The notes beneath the pieces were generated by a model. The model was not told the origin of the DNA. It made no database searches and worked only from the letters and a program-made list of their open reading frames with translations. This document shows positions 11,230-20,688 of a stretch of DNA of 64,000 bases, piece by piece (within the stretch, counting starts at the first letter, position 1; each line of letters opens with the position of its first letter). This stretch comes from Syntrophomonas sp. UBA1376. GTDB taxonomy: Bacteria; Bacillota; Syntrophomonadia; Syntrophomonadales; Syntrophomonadaceae. The position numbers and the translations under genes are program-made. The stretch covers positions 1,352-65,351 of the forward strand of contig DBRE01000002.1 of assembly GCA_002305535.1 (NCBI GenBank), read 5' to 3'.

Positions 11230-12195
11230 ATGCGTAAGAAAACCAATTGCCAGGTGTTGGCTTTAATATTGATACTGGCAGTTTTTATGCTGTCTGGCTG
11301 TCAGGAAGATACTCAGGAACAAGCCATCGGTGAGGTTAATGGTGATATTATTACCCAGAAACAATTTGATCAACACTATCGGATGGTATTGAGTTGGTAT
11401 CAACAAACTTACGGAGAAGTTGATGAGAAAAATGATCAGGAGTTGGTAGCCAACCTTAAGGACAGCAGCTTTCAAGATCTGGTAGTACAGAAGCTTATTC
11501 TTCAGGAGAGTGAAAGAAGGGGTATTGAAGCCGACCTGGAGCAGGTGGAACAGGATCTTGAAGCTATTCGTGCTCAAAGAGACCAGCTGGAAGAGAACGG
11601 TTATCAGAAATTCCTGGATGAAAACGGATTTGATGAAGAATTCTTAAAACAGGAATGGATTACCCAGAATCTATTTGTGCAATTACAGGATGAAGTGACC
11701 AGTGATATAGTGGTGACCGAAGAGGAAGCCCAGAACTATTATGAAGAAAACAAGACGGTATTTCAGCATCCGGCCGGCAAAGAGATTTATCATATCCTGG
11801 TAGAAGACCAGGAAAAAGCCAATGAAGTTCTAAAACAACTGAATGAAGGTAAATCATTTGGTGAGTTGGCGGCCCAGTATTCTATTGATCCCGGCAGCAA
11901 ATCCCGAGGTGGGGATGTTGGCCTGGTAAATGAGGATACCAATTTCGTAGAACCATTTAAGAAGGCTGCTCTGGAATTGTCTCCGGGAACATTACTGACA
12001 ACACCAGTTGAGTCTGAGTTCGGGTTCCATATCATCAAGGCCGGGCAACAGTTGGATGAAGGTGTCTGGCCTTATAGTAAAGTTCAGGATGATATAGAAG
12101 CTTCGTTACTGAGATATAAACAGGAGGAATCCTTCAACCAGTTCCTGGAGGATCTGCAAGCTAAGGCGGAAATAAAAGATTTCCGTAAATCCTAA
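11230..12195 (+). CDS. prsA: PrsA/SurA-like lipoprotein peptidyl-prolyl isomerase (parvulin type)
   Basis: Signal peptide with lipobox LSGC, and a PpiC rotamase segment (GGDVGLV...SEFGFHIIK). Confidence 0.85.
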   Translation: MRKKTNCQVLALILILAVFMLSGCQEDTQEQAIGEVNGDIITQKQFDQHYRMVLSWYQQTYGEVDEKNDQELVANLKDSSFQDLVVQKLILQESERRGIEADLEQVEQDLEAIRAQRDQLEENGYQKFLDENGFDEEFLKQEWITQNLFVQLQDEVTSDIVVTEEEAQNYYEENKTVFQHPAGKEIYHILVEDQEKANEVLKQLNEGKSFGELAAQYSIDPGSKSRGGDVGLVNEDTNFVEPFKKAALELSPGTLLTTPVESEFGFHIIKAGQQLDEGVWPYSKVQDDIEASLLRYKQEESFNQFLEDLQAKAEIKDFRKS

Positions 12196-12216
12196 CCGTG
12201 ACTGTCGTAGGATAAG

Positions 12217-12257
12217 AACGGTGACAGGGGACACCTACCTTGTCACCGTTTTTCTTT
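12217..12257 (+). terminator. rho-independent terminator after prsA
   Basis: A 13-bp stem AACGGTGACAGGG/CCTTGTCACCGTT followed by a T-run. Confidence 0.7.
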
Positions 12258-12426
12258 TGCCTGCGCAAGTAGGGAGCGGTTCTAGATTAATGCAAAAGTC
12301 CCTAAGGGGGCGATGAGGGCATCGTCTCTTACGGACTTACCCAGTAGGTTACACCCCGGCGTTGATCACATCTATTCAAGTGATATAGCAAACAACTAAG
12401 ACTTGTTTAGTGGGCTGTTAAAGAGT

Positions 12427-12447
12427 ACCATTATATATGATAATGGT
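12427..12447. promoter_or_regulatory. inverted repeat ACCATTAT-N5-ATAATGGT, candidate autoregulatory operator of the Fur-family gene
   Basis: Perfect 8-bp arms about 30 nt upstream of the fur-family start. The sequence is AT-rich and Fur/PerR-box-like. Confidence 0.45.
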
Positions 12448-12476
12448 TATCAAACAAGTGGTGCTTGGTGAGAAAT

Positions 12477-12902
12477 ATGAAGACTATTTATCAGAAGATC
12501 GACCAAAGTGAATACCGTATGACTCCCCAACGATCTGTAGTCTTGCAGGTGATGCTCGAAAACCAGGGGCAGCATCTGAACGCCGAAGATGTCCTGGCTA
12601 AAGCTCGTAGTAAATCTCCCAGTATTGGAATTGCTACTGTTTATAGGACTTTGGAAAAGCTGGCTGCCATTGGCGTTCTTTACAAAAATATGTTTGAAGG
12701 TGGGAGCTATCGCTATGAGCTGTCCATAGGGGATGAACATCAGCATCATCATCTCATATGTCTGTCCTGCGGATCGATTACCGAAGTGGAAGATGACCTC
12801 TTGCATATTTTGGAGGAAAGGTTAGAAAACAATGGTTTTCAAGTGGTAGATCACGAACTTAAGTTTTACGGATATTGCCCTGAGTGTAGGGTTGATAAAT
12901 AA
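12477..12902 (+). CDS. fur: Fur family metalloregulator
   Basis: Winged-helix N-terminus, HHHLIC-x2-C ... CPEC metal-site pattern. The start could instead be the GTG at 12465. Confidence 0.85.
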   Translation: MKTIYQKIDQSEYRMTPQRSVVLQVMLENQGQHLNAEDVLAKARSKSPSIGIATVYRTLEKLAAIGVLYKNMFEGGSYRYELSIGDEHQHHHLICLSCGSITEVEDDLLHILEERLENNGFQVVDHELKFYGYCPECRVDK

Positions 12903-12922
12903 ATATTTTTTTCAGAACCCAT

Positions 12923-12937
12923 TGATAATGATTATCC
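12923..12937. promoter_or_regulatory. Fur box (7-1-7) upstream of orphan feoA
   Basis: TGATAAT-G-ATTATCC versus the Firmicute consensus TGATAATnATTATCA (1 mismatch). Confidence 0.6.
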
Positions 12938-13030
12938 TTATCGGATTTTTCAATCATTACTAAGGTTTTCATTTTGGTAATTGTATTTTTCCTGATTTGT
13001 TAGTGCCGAAGGGAAAAGGAGGAGTAACCA

Positions 13031-13249
13031 GTGAGATTAGATATATTAGAAACTGGTCGCAAAGCACAAGTGATCCGCATTGGCCGAGGGTCGGAAGCAG
13101 AACAGCGCTTAATGGACATGGGTATTGTGCCGGGAGTCGAAGTTGAACTATTGGCCAAGCATCCCTTTCGGGGGCCCATAATCATAGGTTTAGGTAATAG
13201 CCGTATTGCTCTGGGACGTAGATTAGCCAGTTCTATCGAGGTGGAATAA
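13031..13249 (+). CDS. feoA: FeoA domain protein with no adjacent FeoB
   Basis: 72 aa SH3-like FeoA pattern (RLMDMGIVPGVEVEL...). GTG start with AAAGGAGGAG upstream. Confidence 0.8.
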   Translation: MRLDILETGRKAQVIRIGRGSEAEQRLMDMGIVPGVEVELLAKHPFRGPIIIGLGNSRIALGRRLASSIEVE

Positions 13250-13373
13250 ACGTGGAAAAACCTCGGGTCAATGCAGAAAAACTTTTATTACCATAACCAT
13301 CTAAGAGTGATTAGACTTATAACAGCAGGTTATGTTATTCTAACGGTAGTTGAAGTAATTGGAGGGAACATAT

Positions 13374-14120
13374 ATGCTGCGTCTGGAACAGGTTAGCATG
13401 TCAGTTAATGATTCCAATGGCGGTAACAAAGACATTCTGCACAATATAGATTTAGATTTTACTTCAGGAAAACTCTATGCAATAACTGGACCTAATGGCG
13501 GCGGCAAAACTTCACTTGCCAAAGTCATTATGGGTATTTATGATCTCTCGGCCGGACAGATATTTCTGCACGATGAAGAAATAAGCCATTTAACAGTTTC
13601 CGAAAGAGCTCACAAGGGAATAGCTTATGCCTTTCAGCAACCTCCACGTTTTAAGGGTTTGACGGTCAGCGATTTATTGAAAATAGCTTATGGGGATATT
13701 GATATCATGGGGCTGAGAAAAAGTTTGCGTGATGTAGGCCTTTGCCCAGAAGACTATCTGGATAGAGACGTAGGCCCCGGCTTAAGCGGCGGAGAGATGA
13801 AACGCATAGAGATCGCCCAGGTTTTAGCCCGTCAGGCTACCATCAGTATTTTTGATGAACCTGAGGCGGGGGTGGATTTATGGACAATACAACGATTGAT
13901 CGGTATCATTGTAAACCGTTTTAAGGATAACCCCAACTGCACAGCTATTATCATTACCCACAATGAGAATGTTTTGCCCATCTGTGATGAGATCATTGTT
14001 CTGGAGGAAGGACGGATTCGCGACCGAGGTACTTATCAAGAAATATGGCCTTCTATCAGAGAAGATATTGAATGCAAGCGCAGATTAGAGTGCCGGGGGG
14101 AATTCGGATATGAAATTTAA
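13374..14120 (+). CDS. SufC-type Fe-S cluster assembly ABC ATPase
   Basis: Walker A GPNGGGKTS, signature LSGGEMKR, Walker B IFDEPEAGVD and H-loop ITHN. I chose the ATG 7 nt after GGAGGG. Confidence 0.85.
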   Translation: MLRLEQVSMSVNDSNGGNKDILHNIDLDFTSGKLYAITGPNGGGKTSLAKVIMGIYDLSAGQIFLHDEEISHLTVSERAHKGIAYAFQQPPRFKGLTVSDLLKIAYGDIDIMGLRKSLRDVGLCPEDYLDRDVGPGLSGGEMKRIEIAQVLARQATISIFDEPEAGVDLWTIQRLIGIIVNRFKDNPNCTAIIITHNENVLPICDEIIVLEEGRIRDRGTYQEIWPSIREDIECKRRLECRGEFGYEI

Positions 14121-15033
14121 CCAGATCGATAGTGACCTATTGAATACTATCGCTAGTATTACTGAAGTTCCCAAGGGAGCGGTCAATATTCGTAAAGATG
14201 GTCAACCTCTGATCAGAATGTCATCACCTAACATCATCATCAAGCCTAAAGAGGACAAGCCTGGTATAGACGTCATCGTTAAACCGGGCACAAAAAATGA
14301 ATCTGTGCATATTCCGGTGTTGGTTACCCAGGCCGGTTTGCAGGATCTGGTTTACAATACCTTTGAAATAGGGGAGGATGCTGACGTTACCATTATTGCT
14401 GGGTGTGGAATACACAACGAAAGCCATCAAGATTCCGGCCATGACGGCATACATGAGTTTATCATAAAGCCGAAGGCCAGAGTTCGCTATGTGGAAAAGC
14501 ATTATGGTGCTGGTAGCGGTAGAGGGAAAAAGGTCTTGAACCCGACCACGGTAGTGAGGATAGGTAGCGAGGCCTATGCGGAAATGGAAATGGTGCAGAT
14601 CGAAGGAGTGGATGACACTTATCGCAAGACGATCGCCTATGTGGAAGATAAAGCTCACCTAAAAATCGTAGAACGCTTACTCACCCATAGACGCCAGTCG
14701 GCCCAGTCTGATATTGAAATAAGCATTGAGGGCAAAGGGGGCTCGGCCCAGATACTATCCCGTTCCGTGGGCAAAGATGAATCCTATCAGGTTTTCAAAG
14801 CCTCCATGATAGGGAAAACAGAGTGCACCGGGCATGTAGAATGTGATTCCATTATTATGGGCAATGCCGTGATCAAGGCGATTCCATCCCTGGAAGCCGA
14901 AAATTCTGAAGCGGTATTGACTCATGAAGCCGCTATCGGCAAAATTGCCGGTGAGCAGTTAATTAAATTGATGTCTCTGGGCTTAACTGAGGAAGAGGCT
15001 GTGAATACCATTATTGAAGGATTTTTGCGATGA
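14110..15033 (+). CDS. short SufB/SufD-family Fe-S scaffold protein (307 aa)
   Basis: C-terminal THEAAIGKIAGEQLIKLMSLGLTEEEA matches the conserved SufB/D tail. It overlaps the sufC-like stop by 11 nt and is much shorter than canonical SufB, which I recall as roughly 470 aa. Confidence 0.85.
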   Translation: MKFNQIDSDLLNTIASITEVPKGAVNIRKDGQPLIRMSSPNIIIKPKEDKPGIDVIVKPGTKNESVHIPVLVTQAGLQDLVYNTFEIGEDADVTIIAGCGIHNESHQDSGHDGIHEFIIKPKARVRYVEKHYGAGSGRGKKVLNPTTVVRIGSEAYAEMEMVQIEGVDDTYRKTIAYVEDKAHLKIVERLLTHRRQSAQSDIEISIEGKGGSAQILSRSVGKDESYQVFKASMIGKTECTGHVECDSIIMGNAVIKAIPSLEAENSEAVLTHEAAIGKIAGEQLIKLMSLGLTEEEAVNTIIEGFLR

Positions 15034-15054
15034 TAAGCAAATGGTGGTGAGCGA

Positions 15055-15957
15055 ATGAATCTTAACCTTTACAAAACCTATGTCAAAGTGGTGGAAACCC
15101 AAAATTTGTCCCGGACTGCGGAGGAGATCGGTTTATCACAGCCTGCTGTGACCAAACAGATCCAGGCCTTGGAGGATATGTTTGGGGTATTGTTGTTGGA
15201 ACGTTCTGGACGCCGATTGAAAACTACCGAAGCGGGGGAGACCTTATACCAATGTGCCCGGGATATAATAAAAGCCATGGATAAGACTGAAAAGGCTATG
15301 GAAGAGGTTTCAGAGAGCCGTCGGGGCACCCTTTGCATTGGGGCTAGCACTATTCCTGGCCAATACATTTTACCGGCTTTTATCAAGCATTTTAAGGATC
15401 GTTTTCCCAATGTCACTATCAGTATGGATATTGCTGATACGGAAAAAATATTCAATCGGATCGCTGACAGGGAATTGGATGTTGGAGTGGTAGGTGGTTG
15501 GATCAACAACCGCAAGGTAGACGGGTTTGTCTGGTTAGAAGATGACTTGGTGGTTATTGTTCCCTCAGATCATCACCTCGCCACCCGAGAATATGTTGAA
15601 TTGCCGGATCTGCTAGGTGAAAAATGGATCATGCGGGAGAAAGGATCCGGTACCAGGCGAGCCATTGAAGATATTCTGAATGCTCAAGGTATAAAGCGTG
15701 AAGAATTGGATATTTGCTTAGAAGCAGGCAGCACTGGAGCGGTGCTAGCTGCAGTTGAGTCGGGTATGGGTATCAGTATAATATCACAGTGGGCGTTGAA
15801 ACCTTCTGAGAGCCGAAGTGGCTTGGCCTGTATTAAATTTTCCAGCCAAGGATCCCGCCATTTCTACATAATCTATCCCCACCAAAAATCTCGACGTAAA
15901 ACGGTTATTAACTTTTTAGACTTTCTTAGGAAAAGCTCTGAGGATATATCCCCATAA
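15055..15957 (+). CDS. LysR family transcriptional regulator
   Basis: N-terminal HTH (NLSRTAEEIGLSQPAVTKQIQALE) plus a substrate-binding domain. Confidence 0.9.
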   Translation: MNLNLYKTYVKVVETQNLSRTAEEIGLSQPAVTKQIQALEDMFGVLLLERSGRRLKTTEAGETLYQCARDIIKAMDKTEKAMEEVSESRRGTLCIGASTIPGQYILPAFIKHFKDRFPNVTISMDIADTEKIFNRIADRELDVGVVGGWINNRKVDGFVWLEDDLVVIVPSDHHLATREYVELPDLLGEKWIMREKGSGTRRAIEDILNAQGIKREELDICLEAGSTGAVLAAVESGMGISIISQWALKPSESRSGLACIKFSSQGSRHFYIIYPHQKSRRKTVINFLDFLRKSSEDISP

Positions 15958-15984
15958 GCCTAACCGAAATTTCAAGGCAATTTG

Positions 15985-16020
15985 AAAAGAGAAACCGCCC
16001 GTTCGAGGGCGGTTTTTGAT
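15985..16020. terminator. bidirectional terminator (lysR / rubrerythrin)
   Basis: AAACCGCCC-GTTCGA-GGGCGGTTT flanked by A and T runs. Confidence 0.65.
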
Positions 16021-16560
16021 CTAATAGTTTTCGCAGAGAACTTCGTAATAGCTCTGGGGATGGTCACAGGCCGGGCACACTTCGGGAGCTTCAGTTCCTT
16101 CATGAACATATCCACAGTTGCGGCATCTCCATTGTACGGGATTAGGTTTCTTAAAGACGGTTTTGTTCTTGATATTGGCCAAAAGTTTGCGGTAGCGTTT
16201 TTCATGTTCTTCTTCTACTTCAGCTATTTCTCTGAAGACATCGGCAATCTCATGGAAGCCTTCTTCACGGGCGATTCTTTCGTATTCCGGGTACAAATTA
16301 GAGTGCTCATCTAGCTCGCCTTCCGCTGCTTCCAAGAGGTTCTCCTCGGTAGGATGAATGGAACCGCCAATTAAGAACTTGTAAAAACGTTTAGCATGCT
16401 CTTTTTCGTTGTCAGCCGTTTCCTGGAATATAGCAGCCATCTGCTTATAACCTTCTTTATCAGCTTGGCTGGCAAAAAAGGTATACTTCATACGCACTTT
16501 AGATTCTCCAGTAAAAGCTGCCCAAAGGTTTTGTTCAGTTTTTGAACCTTTTAAGTCCAT
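16021..16560 (-). CDS. rbr: rubrerythrin
   Basis: Di-iron four-helix ExxH motifs plus a C-terminal rubredoxin-like CRNCG...CPAC. Confidence 0.9.
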   Translation of the reverse strand: MDLKGSKTEQNLWAAFTGESKVRMKYTFFASQADKEGYKQMAAIFQETADNEKEHAKRFYKFLIGGSIHPTEENLLEAAEGELDEHSNLYPEYERIAREEGFHEIADVFREIAEVEEEHEKRYRKLLANIKNKTVFKKPNPVQWRCRNCGYVHEGTEAPEVCPACDHPQSYYEVLCENY

Positions 16561-16599
16561 TTCATTACCTCCTAATTATTGATCTGATAGTACATTCCA

Positions 16600-17031
16600 T
16601 CATAAACGAGGAATGTCAGCTGGGAACACGTAGATAAGATTTGAATTAGGAACAGGTCTTACCACCATCAGATGGCGCAGTTCATCGATAACAGCTTCCC
16701 GTACCTCTTCATCATCCTCCTCTTGAATTTCCAGAGAGAATACGGTTACTGGCACTTCCATCCAGTTCAATAAACGCAGTTCTGCTAGTCCATCATTTAA
16801 GAATTCCAACTCTTCACAAGGAGCTGAAAAAGGCGTATTCGATTTGCTTTTTATATGCTGCTCTAATCGCTCAATAAAGGTTTTCAACAGCTCTTCTTGA
16901 TGATCATCTATAACGTATTGAAAAAGAACATCATAAAGATTTTGGGTCAAAATAATGGAAGTAACTGTGGGGAGGACGAGATGATTTTCCCGTCTAATCT
17001 TGGCAAGGGTATACTGGTGTTCAGAATACAT
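16600..17031 (-). CDS. hypothetical acidic protein, likely co-transcribed with rubrerythrin
   Basis: 143 aa ORF with GGAGGG upstream, 39 nt upstream of rbr. No family recognised. Confidence 0.55.
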   Translation of the reverse strand: MYSEHQYTLAKIRRENHLVLPTVTSIILTQNLYDVLFQYVIDDHQEELLKTFIERLEQHIKSKSNTPFSAPCEELEFLNDGLAELRLLNWMEVPVTVFSLEIQEEDDEEVREAVIDELRHLMVVRPVPNSNLIYVFPADIPRL

Positions 17032-17206
17032 ATTGATTTAACCCTCCATGGTTCAACTAATTATCCATTATTGTACCCTGATTTCCGAATCTTTCTCAAC
17101 CGCTTTCTATAATTAAATCAAACCCCCTAGATTGGCAGGCCTAAGACATTGCGGTATACTTTAGAGAACCTAGCCAATGTGGAATATGTTTACAAGGAGT
17201 TGCCCC

Positions 17207-19450
17207 ATGAAGTCTATGGGTTGCCTAATATCAACAAATGCTTGGTGTCAGTGGCTTAAATATGTGCTGATAGTATGTGTCGGACTAGCGTCTATGATGC
17301 TAAATCCTCAGCTTGTCAGCGCTACAGAAGATACCGGTAAAGCTTATCTGCTGGTGGTTGATAAGCTGACCATTTATGATATTGACCCTAGCAGGACTCC
17401 CCAATTGCATAAATTAGTGAGCGAAGGTGGAGTCGGCTTAGCCAGCAGCAGGACTCTTAGAGGTAAGAATGTTCTTGATACCAGTCTTACTATTGGTGCT
17501 GGTAATATTGGCCGCGTATATGGCAATGGAATATTAGCGTTCAACCAGAATGAATATCTGGAGGATCGCGGCAAGACAGCGGGACAACTCTACCGGAATC
17601 TGACCGGTATCGATCCAGGTCAAACCTGCTGTTTGTTGGTAAACCTTCCTGAAATAAGTACCGCTATAGCTCAAGAGAAGGTTACCACTCTACCTGGGGC
17701 TATGGGCGAGGTATTAAAAAACAATGGCTATTCTGTATGCTTGCTGGGCAATGGCGATACTGGCAGCGGCCAACTCCGTGCGGCTGCCGTCATAGCCATG
17801 GATGCCCAAGGGCAGATTCCTTACGGGGATATAGGACCCAATACAGTGCTCAATCCGGATGACAGTTTTTTAAGCTATGAGACTAATTACCAATATCTTT
17901 ACGAACAGGTCAAACAATATGGGCCTACCACCGATTTATATGTGGTGGATCTAGCAGATCTGAGTCGCCTGGAAACAGCCGATAAAGCTTTTGACCACAT
18001 AGCGTTGCAAGAAAAAGAGCGGCGCTTAAAAATGATCGATGCCTTTGTTGGCCAAATAGCCCAGAGCATTGATCCCACCCATGATTTGTTGATGGTGGTC
18101 AGTCCTTCTCCTAACCGGGAACAAACTCAAAACAAGAACTATTTTACTCCGGTGATTGCCTGGGGTAAAGGCTTTACCACTGGGGGAATGACGTCAGCTG
18201 CCACACAGCGTGATTTGGTGGTGGCTAATACTGATATCGCGCCAACCATATTGGAATTTTTCGGCTTAACTGATGATACCCAGACTATGATCGGACGGCC
18301 TATCCAGATCGATCCTAGTATACAGGGAGCATTGATTGAAGCTCAACAGTTGACTACCCAGGCCAGCACAGTAAACCGTCTGCGGGTACCGCTTATAAAA
18401 GGCTATGTTGTCTTTCACATAATAATCATACTTCTGGCAGTAGTCACTTTATTCTGGATGGCAAAACTAGCTCCCCTGATCAAACCAGCCATAGTAGCGC
18501 TGGCCATAGTGCCTCTAGTATATTTATTTTCCAATCTGCTGCCTTGGTCGGCAGATTGGATGTATATTGTGATGGTCATTGTTCTCACACTACTGGTGAC
18601 TTTGGTACTGATGAAGCTTACTCGCCATAATGCCTACCAGGCATTTGTCGTTACTCTGTTTTTGACGGTTATAACATTGAATATTGATCTAATGACTGGA
18701 TCGCACCTGATCCAAAATTCGGTTCTGGGATATGATCCTATGGCCGGGGCCCGTTATTATGGCATTGGCAACGAGTATCTGGGAATACTTCTGGGCAGTT
18801 CTATCGCTCTGGCAGGATCATTTTATCAGAAGTATCCGCAGCGTGGATGGTTGTTGGTGATGGCACTATTTTTTGCTTTTCAGTCTGTTCTCATGGCATC
18901 ACCGCAGTTGGGAGCTCAATCCGATGGCATGATCACCGCCCCGGCAGCTTTCCTCATAACTTTACTCATGTTGGGGGAAATCCGTATCCGTCCCCAGACT
19001 ATTTTATGGATCCTGGCTGGGGTGCTTGTGGTTGCAGGCGGCTTTACCCTGTATGATATGACCAGACCGCTAGAACTCCAGTCTCACATTGGTAGGGCAG
19101 CCAATCAGATCCTACTGGGAGGCTGGAGTGAAGCTGGGACTATAATAACCAGAAAAGCGGCTATGAATATCAAATTGATTGGTTCCACTATCTGGAGTTG
19201 GGTCTTTATGGTTACCCTGTTGGTTTTGGCATTGCTGGTGTTCAGACCGGTAGGAGCAATGCAACAGCTGGGCCAGGACAAACCTTATGTGGTTAAAGCC
19301 TGCGGCGGGATTATTACTGGGGCTTTGATCGCTCTAATAATAAATGATTCCGGCATAGTAGCCGCCTCAACTACCAGTATCTATCTGGTGGTGCCTTTGC
19401 TGATCTTGATACTGCATTATGAAGCTCAACGTTCCGGTAATGATTTATGA
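17207..19450 (+). CDS. large membrane protein: signal peptide, about 370-aa extracytoplasmic alkaline-phosphatase-superfamily-like domain, and a C-terminal polytopic domain
   Basis: The LLVVDKLT strand and a VANTDIAPTILEFFGL motif resemble the phosphodiesterase/sulfatase/LtaS superfamily. About 10 hydrophobic helices follow residue ~400. The start could be 17177. Confidence 0.7.
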   Translation: MKSMGCLISTNAWCQWLKYVLIVCVGLASMMLNPQLVSATEDTGKAYLLVVDKLTIYDIDPSRTPQLHKLVSEGGVGLASSRTLRGKNVLDTSLTIGAGNIGRVYGNGILAFNQNEYLEDRGKTAGQLYRNLTGIDPGQTCCLLVNLPEISTAIAQEKVTTLPGAMGEVLKNNGYSVCLLGNGDTGSGQLRAAAVIAMDAQGQIPYGDIGPNTVLNPDDSFLSYETNYQYLYEQVKQYGPTTDLYVVDLADLSRLETADKAFDHIALQEKERRLKMIDAFVGQIAQSIDPTHDLLMVVSPSPNREQTQNKNYFTPVIAWGKGFTTGGMTSAATQRDLVVANTDIAPTILEFFGLTDDTQTMIGRPIQIDPSIQGALIEAQQLTTQASTVNRLRVPLIKGYVVFHIIIILLAVVTLFWMAKLAPLIKPAIVALAIVPLVYLFSNLLPWSADWMYIVMVIVLTLLVTLVLMKLTRHNAYQAFVVTLFLTVITLNIDLMTGSHLIQNSVLGYDPMAGARYYGIGNEYLGILLGSSIALAGSFYQKYPQRGWLLVMALFFAFQSVLMASPQLGAQSDGMITAPAAFLITLLMLGEIRIRPQTILWILAGVLVVAGGFTLYDMTRPLELQSHIGRAANQILLGGWSEAGTIITRKAAMNIKLIGSTIWSWVFMVTLLVLALLVFRPVGAMQQLGQDKPYVVKACGGIITGALIALIINDSGIVAASTTSIYLVVPLLILILHYEAQRSGNDL

Positions 19451-19516
19451 TAGTGATAATAGTTATCTGCACAAAAAATGAGCTCATCTATTCTATAAAG
19501 ATGAGCTCATTAGATT

Positions 19517-20509
19517 TTATTTGAAGTATTGGATCTTCATAGCTTCGCGAACTTCCTCCATGGTCGAACGAGCTACTTCTTGGGCACGCCTGGTACCTTC
19601 TCGAAGTATATCAGTCAATATGTCCCGAGATTTATATTGCTCACGTCGTTCGTGCATCGGCTCTAATAATTGATTAATCACCTGAGCCTGCCTCTTCTTA
19701 CAGGCCACACAACCGATCTTTCCCTGGCGGCACTCTTGTTCTATAGATTCCAGTTCGCTATTGTTAAAGACTTTATGATACTCAAATATGGTACACACTT
19801 CAGGATGTCCCGGGTCAGTTTTGTGGATTCTGGCCGGGTCAGTAACGGCGTTGCGAACCTTTTGCCACACATCTTCAGGTTTGTCAGAAAGAAATATGGC
19901 GTTGTTTAAGCTTTTGCTCATTTTCGCCTTACCATCCAAACCGACTAAACGCGAGACTTGTCCCACCAGCACTTCCGGCTCAACTAAAACTGGCTTATAG
20001 AGATCGTTGAAACGCCGCACGATCCTGCGAGCTAATTCCAAATGAGGAACCTGATCTTCTCCGACGGGAACAACATGGGCCTTAAAAATAGCAATATCCG
20101 CAGCTTGGCTTACCGGATAACCTAAAAAACCATACATCAAGTCCTTGAAACCGTGTTGCTGGGCCTCAGCCTTGATGGTCGGGTTGTGGCGCAGAACATT
20201 GACCGGAGTATACATGGAAAAGTAGGCTGCCAGCTCATGGATCTCAGTAATTTTACTCTGGATGCAAATGGTAGCCTGGTTCGGATCCAATCCAGCCGCC
20301 AGATAATCACTGGTGATCTGATACACGCTATTCTCCAGATCCTCACCCTGCTCCCAGTGGGTAGTCAGTGCTTGGACATCAGCGATGAGTATATAGGAGT
20401 CATATTCTTCCTGAAGTTTTACGCGATTGACCAGGCTACCGACATAATGGCCAAGATGAAGGGCACCAGTGGGTCGATCTCCGGTCAAAATCCTTTTTTT
20501 ACCCGTCAT
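19517..20509 (-). CDS. trpS: tryptophan--tRNA ligase
   Basis: HLGH and KMSKS class-I motifs over a length of about 330 aa. The start is set at MTGKKRIL. Confidence 0.95.
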   Translation of the reverse strand: MTGKKRILTGDRPTGALHLGHYVGSLVNRVKLQEEYDSYILIADVQALTTHWEQGEDLENSVYQITSDYLAAGLDPNQATICIQSKITEIHELAAYFSMYTPVNVLRHNPTIKAEAQQHGFKDLMYGFLGYPVSQAADIAIFKAHVVPVGEDQVPHLELARRIVRRFNDLYKPVLVEPEVLVGQVSRLVGLDGKAKMSKSLNNAIFLSDKPEDVWQKVRNAVTDPARIHKTDPGHPEVCTIFEYHKVFNNSELESIEQECRQGKIGCVACKKRQAQVINQLLEPMHERREQYKSRDILTDILREGTRRAQEVARSTMEEVREAMKIQYFK

Positions 20510-20688
20510 AATTTCACACTCCTTAGTCAACAAATACTTTATCACGGTTCAAGCTACAGCGCAATCTTCGGGGAGAGTTGGATGTAATGCAAATAGTCGG
20601 AATATTGTTTGCGAATTGTACTATGCTATAATAATATATACCTTAGGAAAATCTACAATCGAGTTTTAAAGAGAAGGAGTTATTTAAC

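Noticed and set aside
20510-20688. A T-box riboswitch leader upstream of trpS.
   Set aside because: The leader is only about 100-180 nt. I could find neither the conserved T-box sequence (GGTGGTACCGCG-like) nor a specifier/terminator arrangement.
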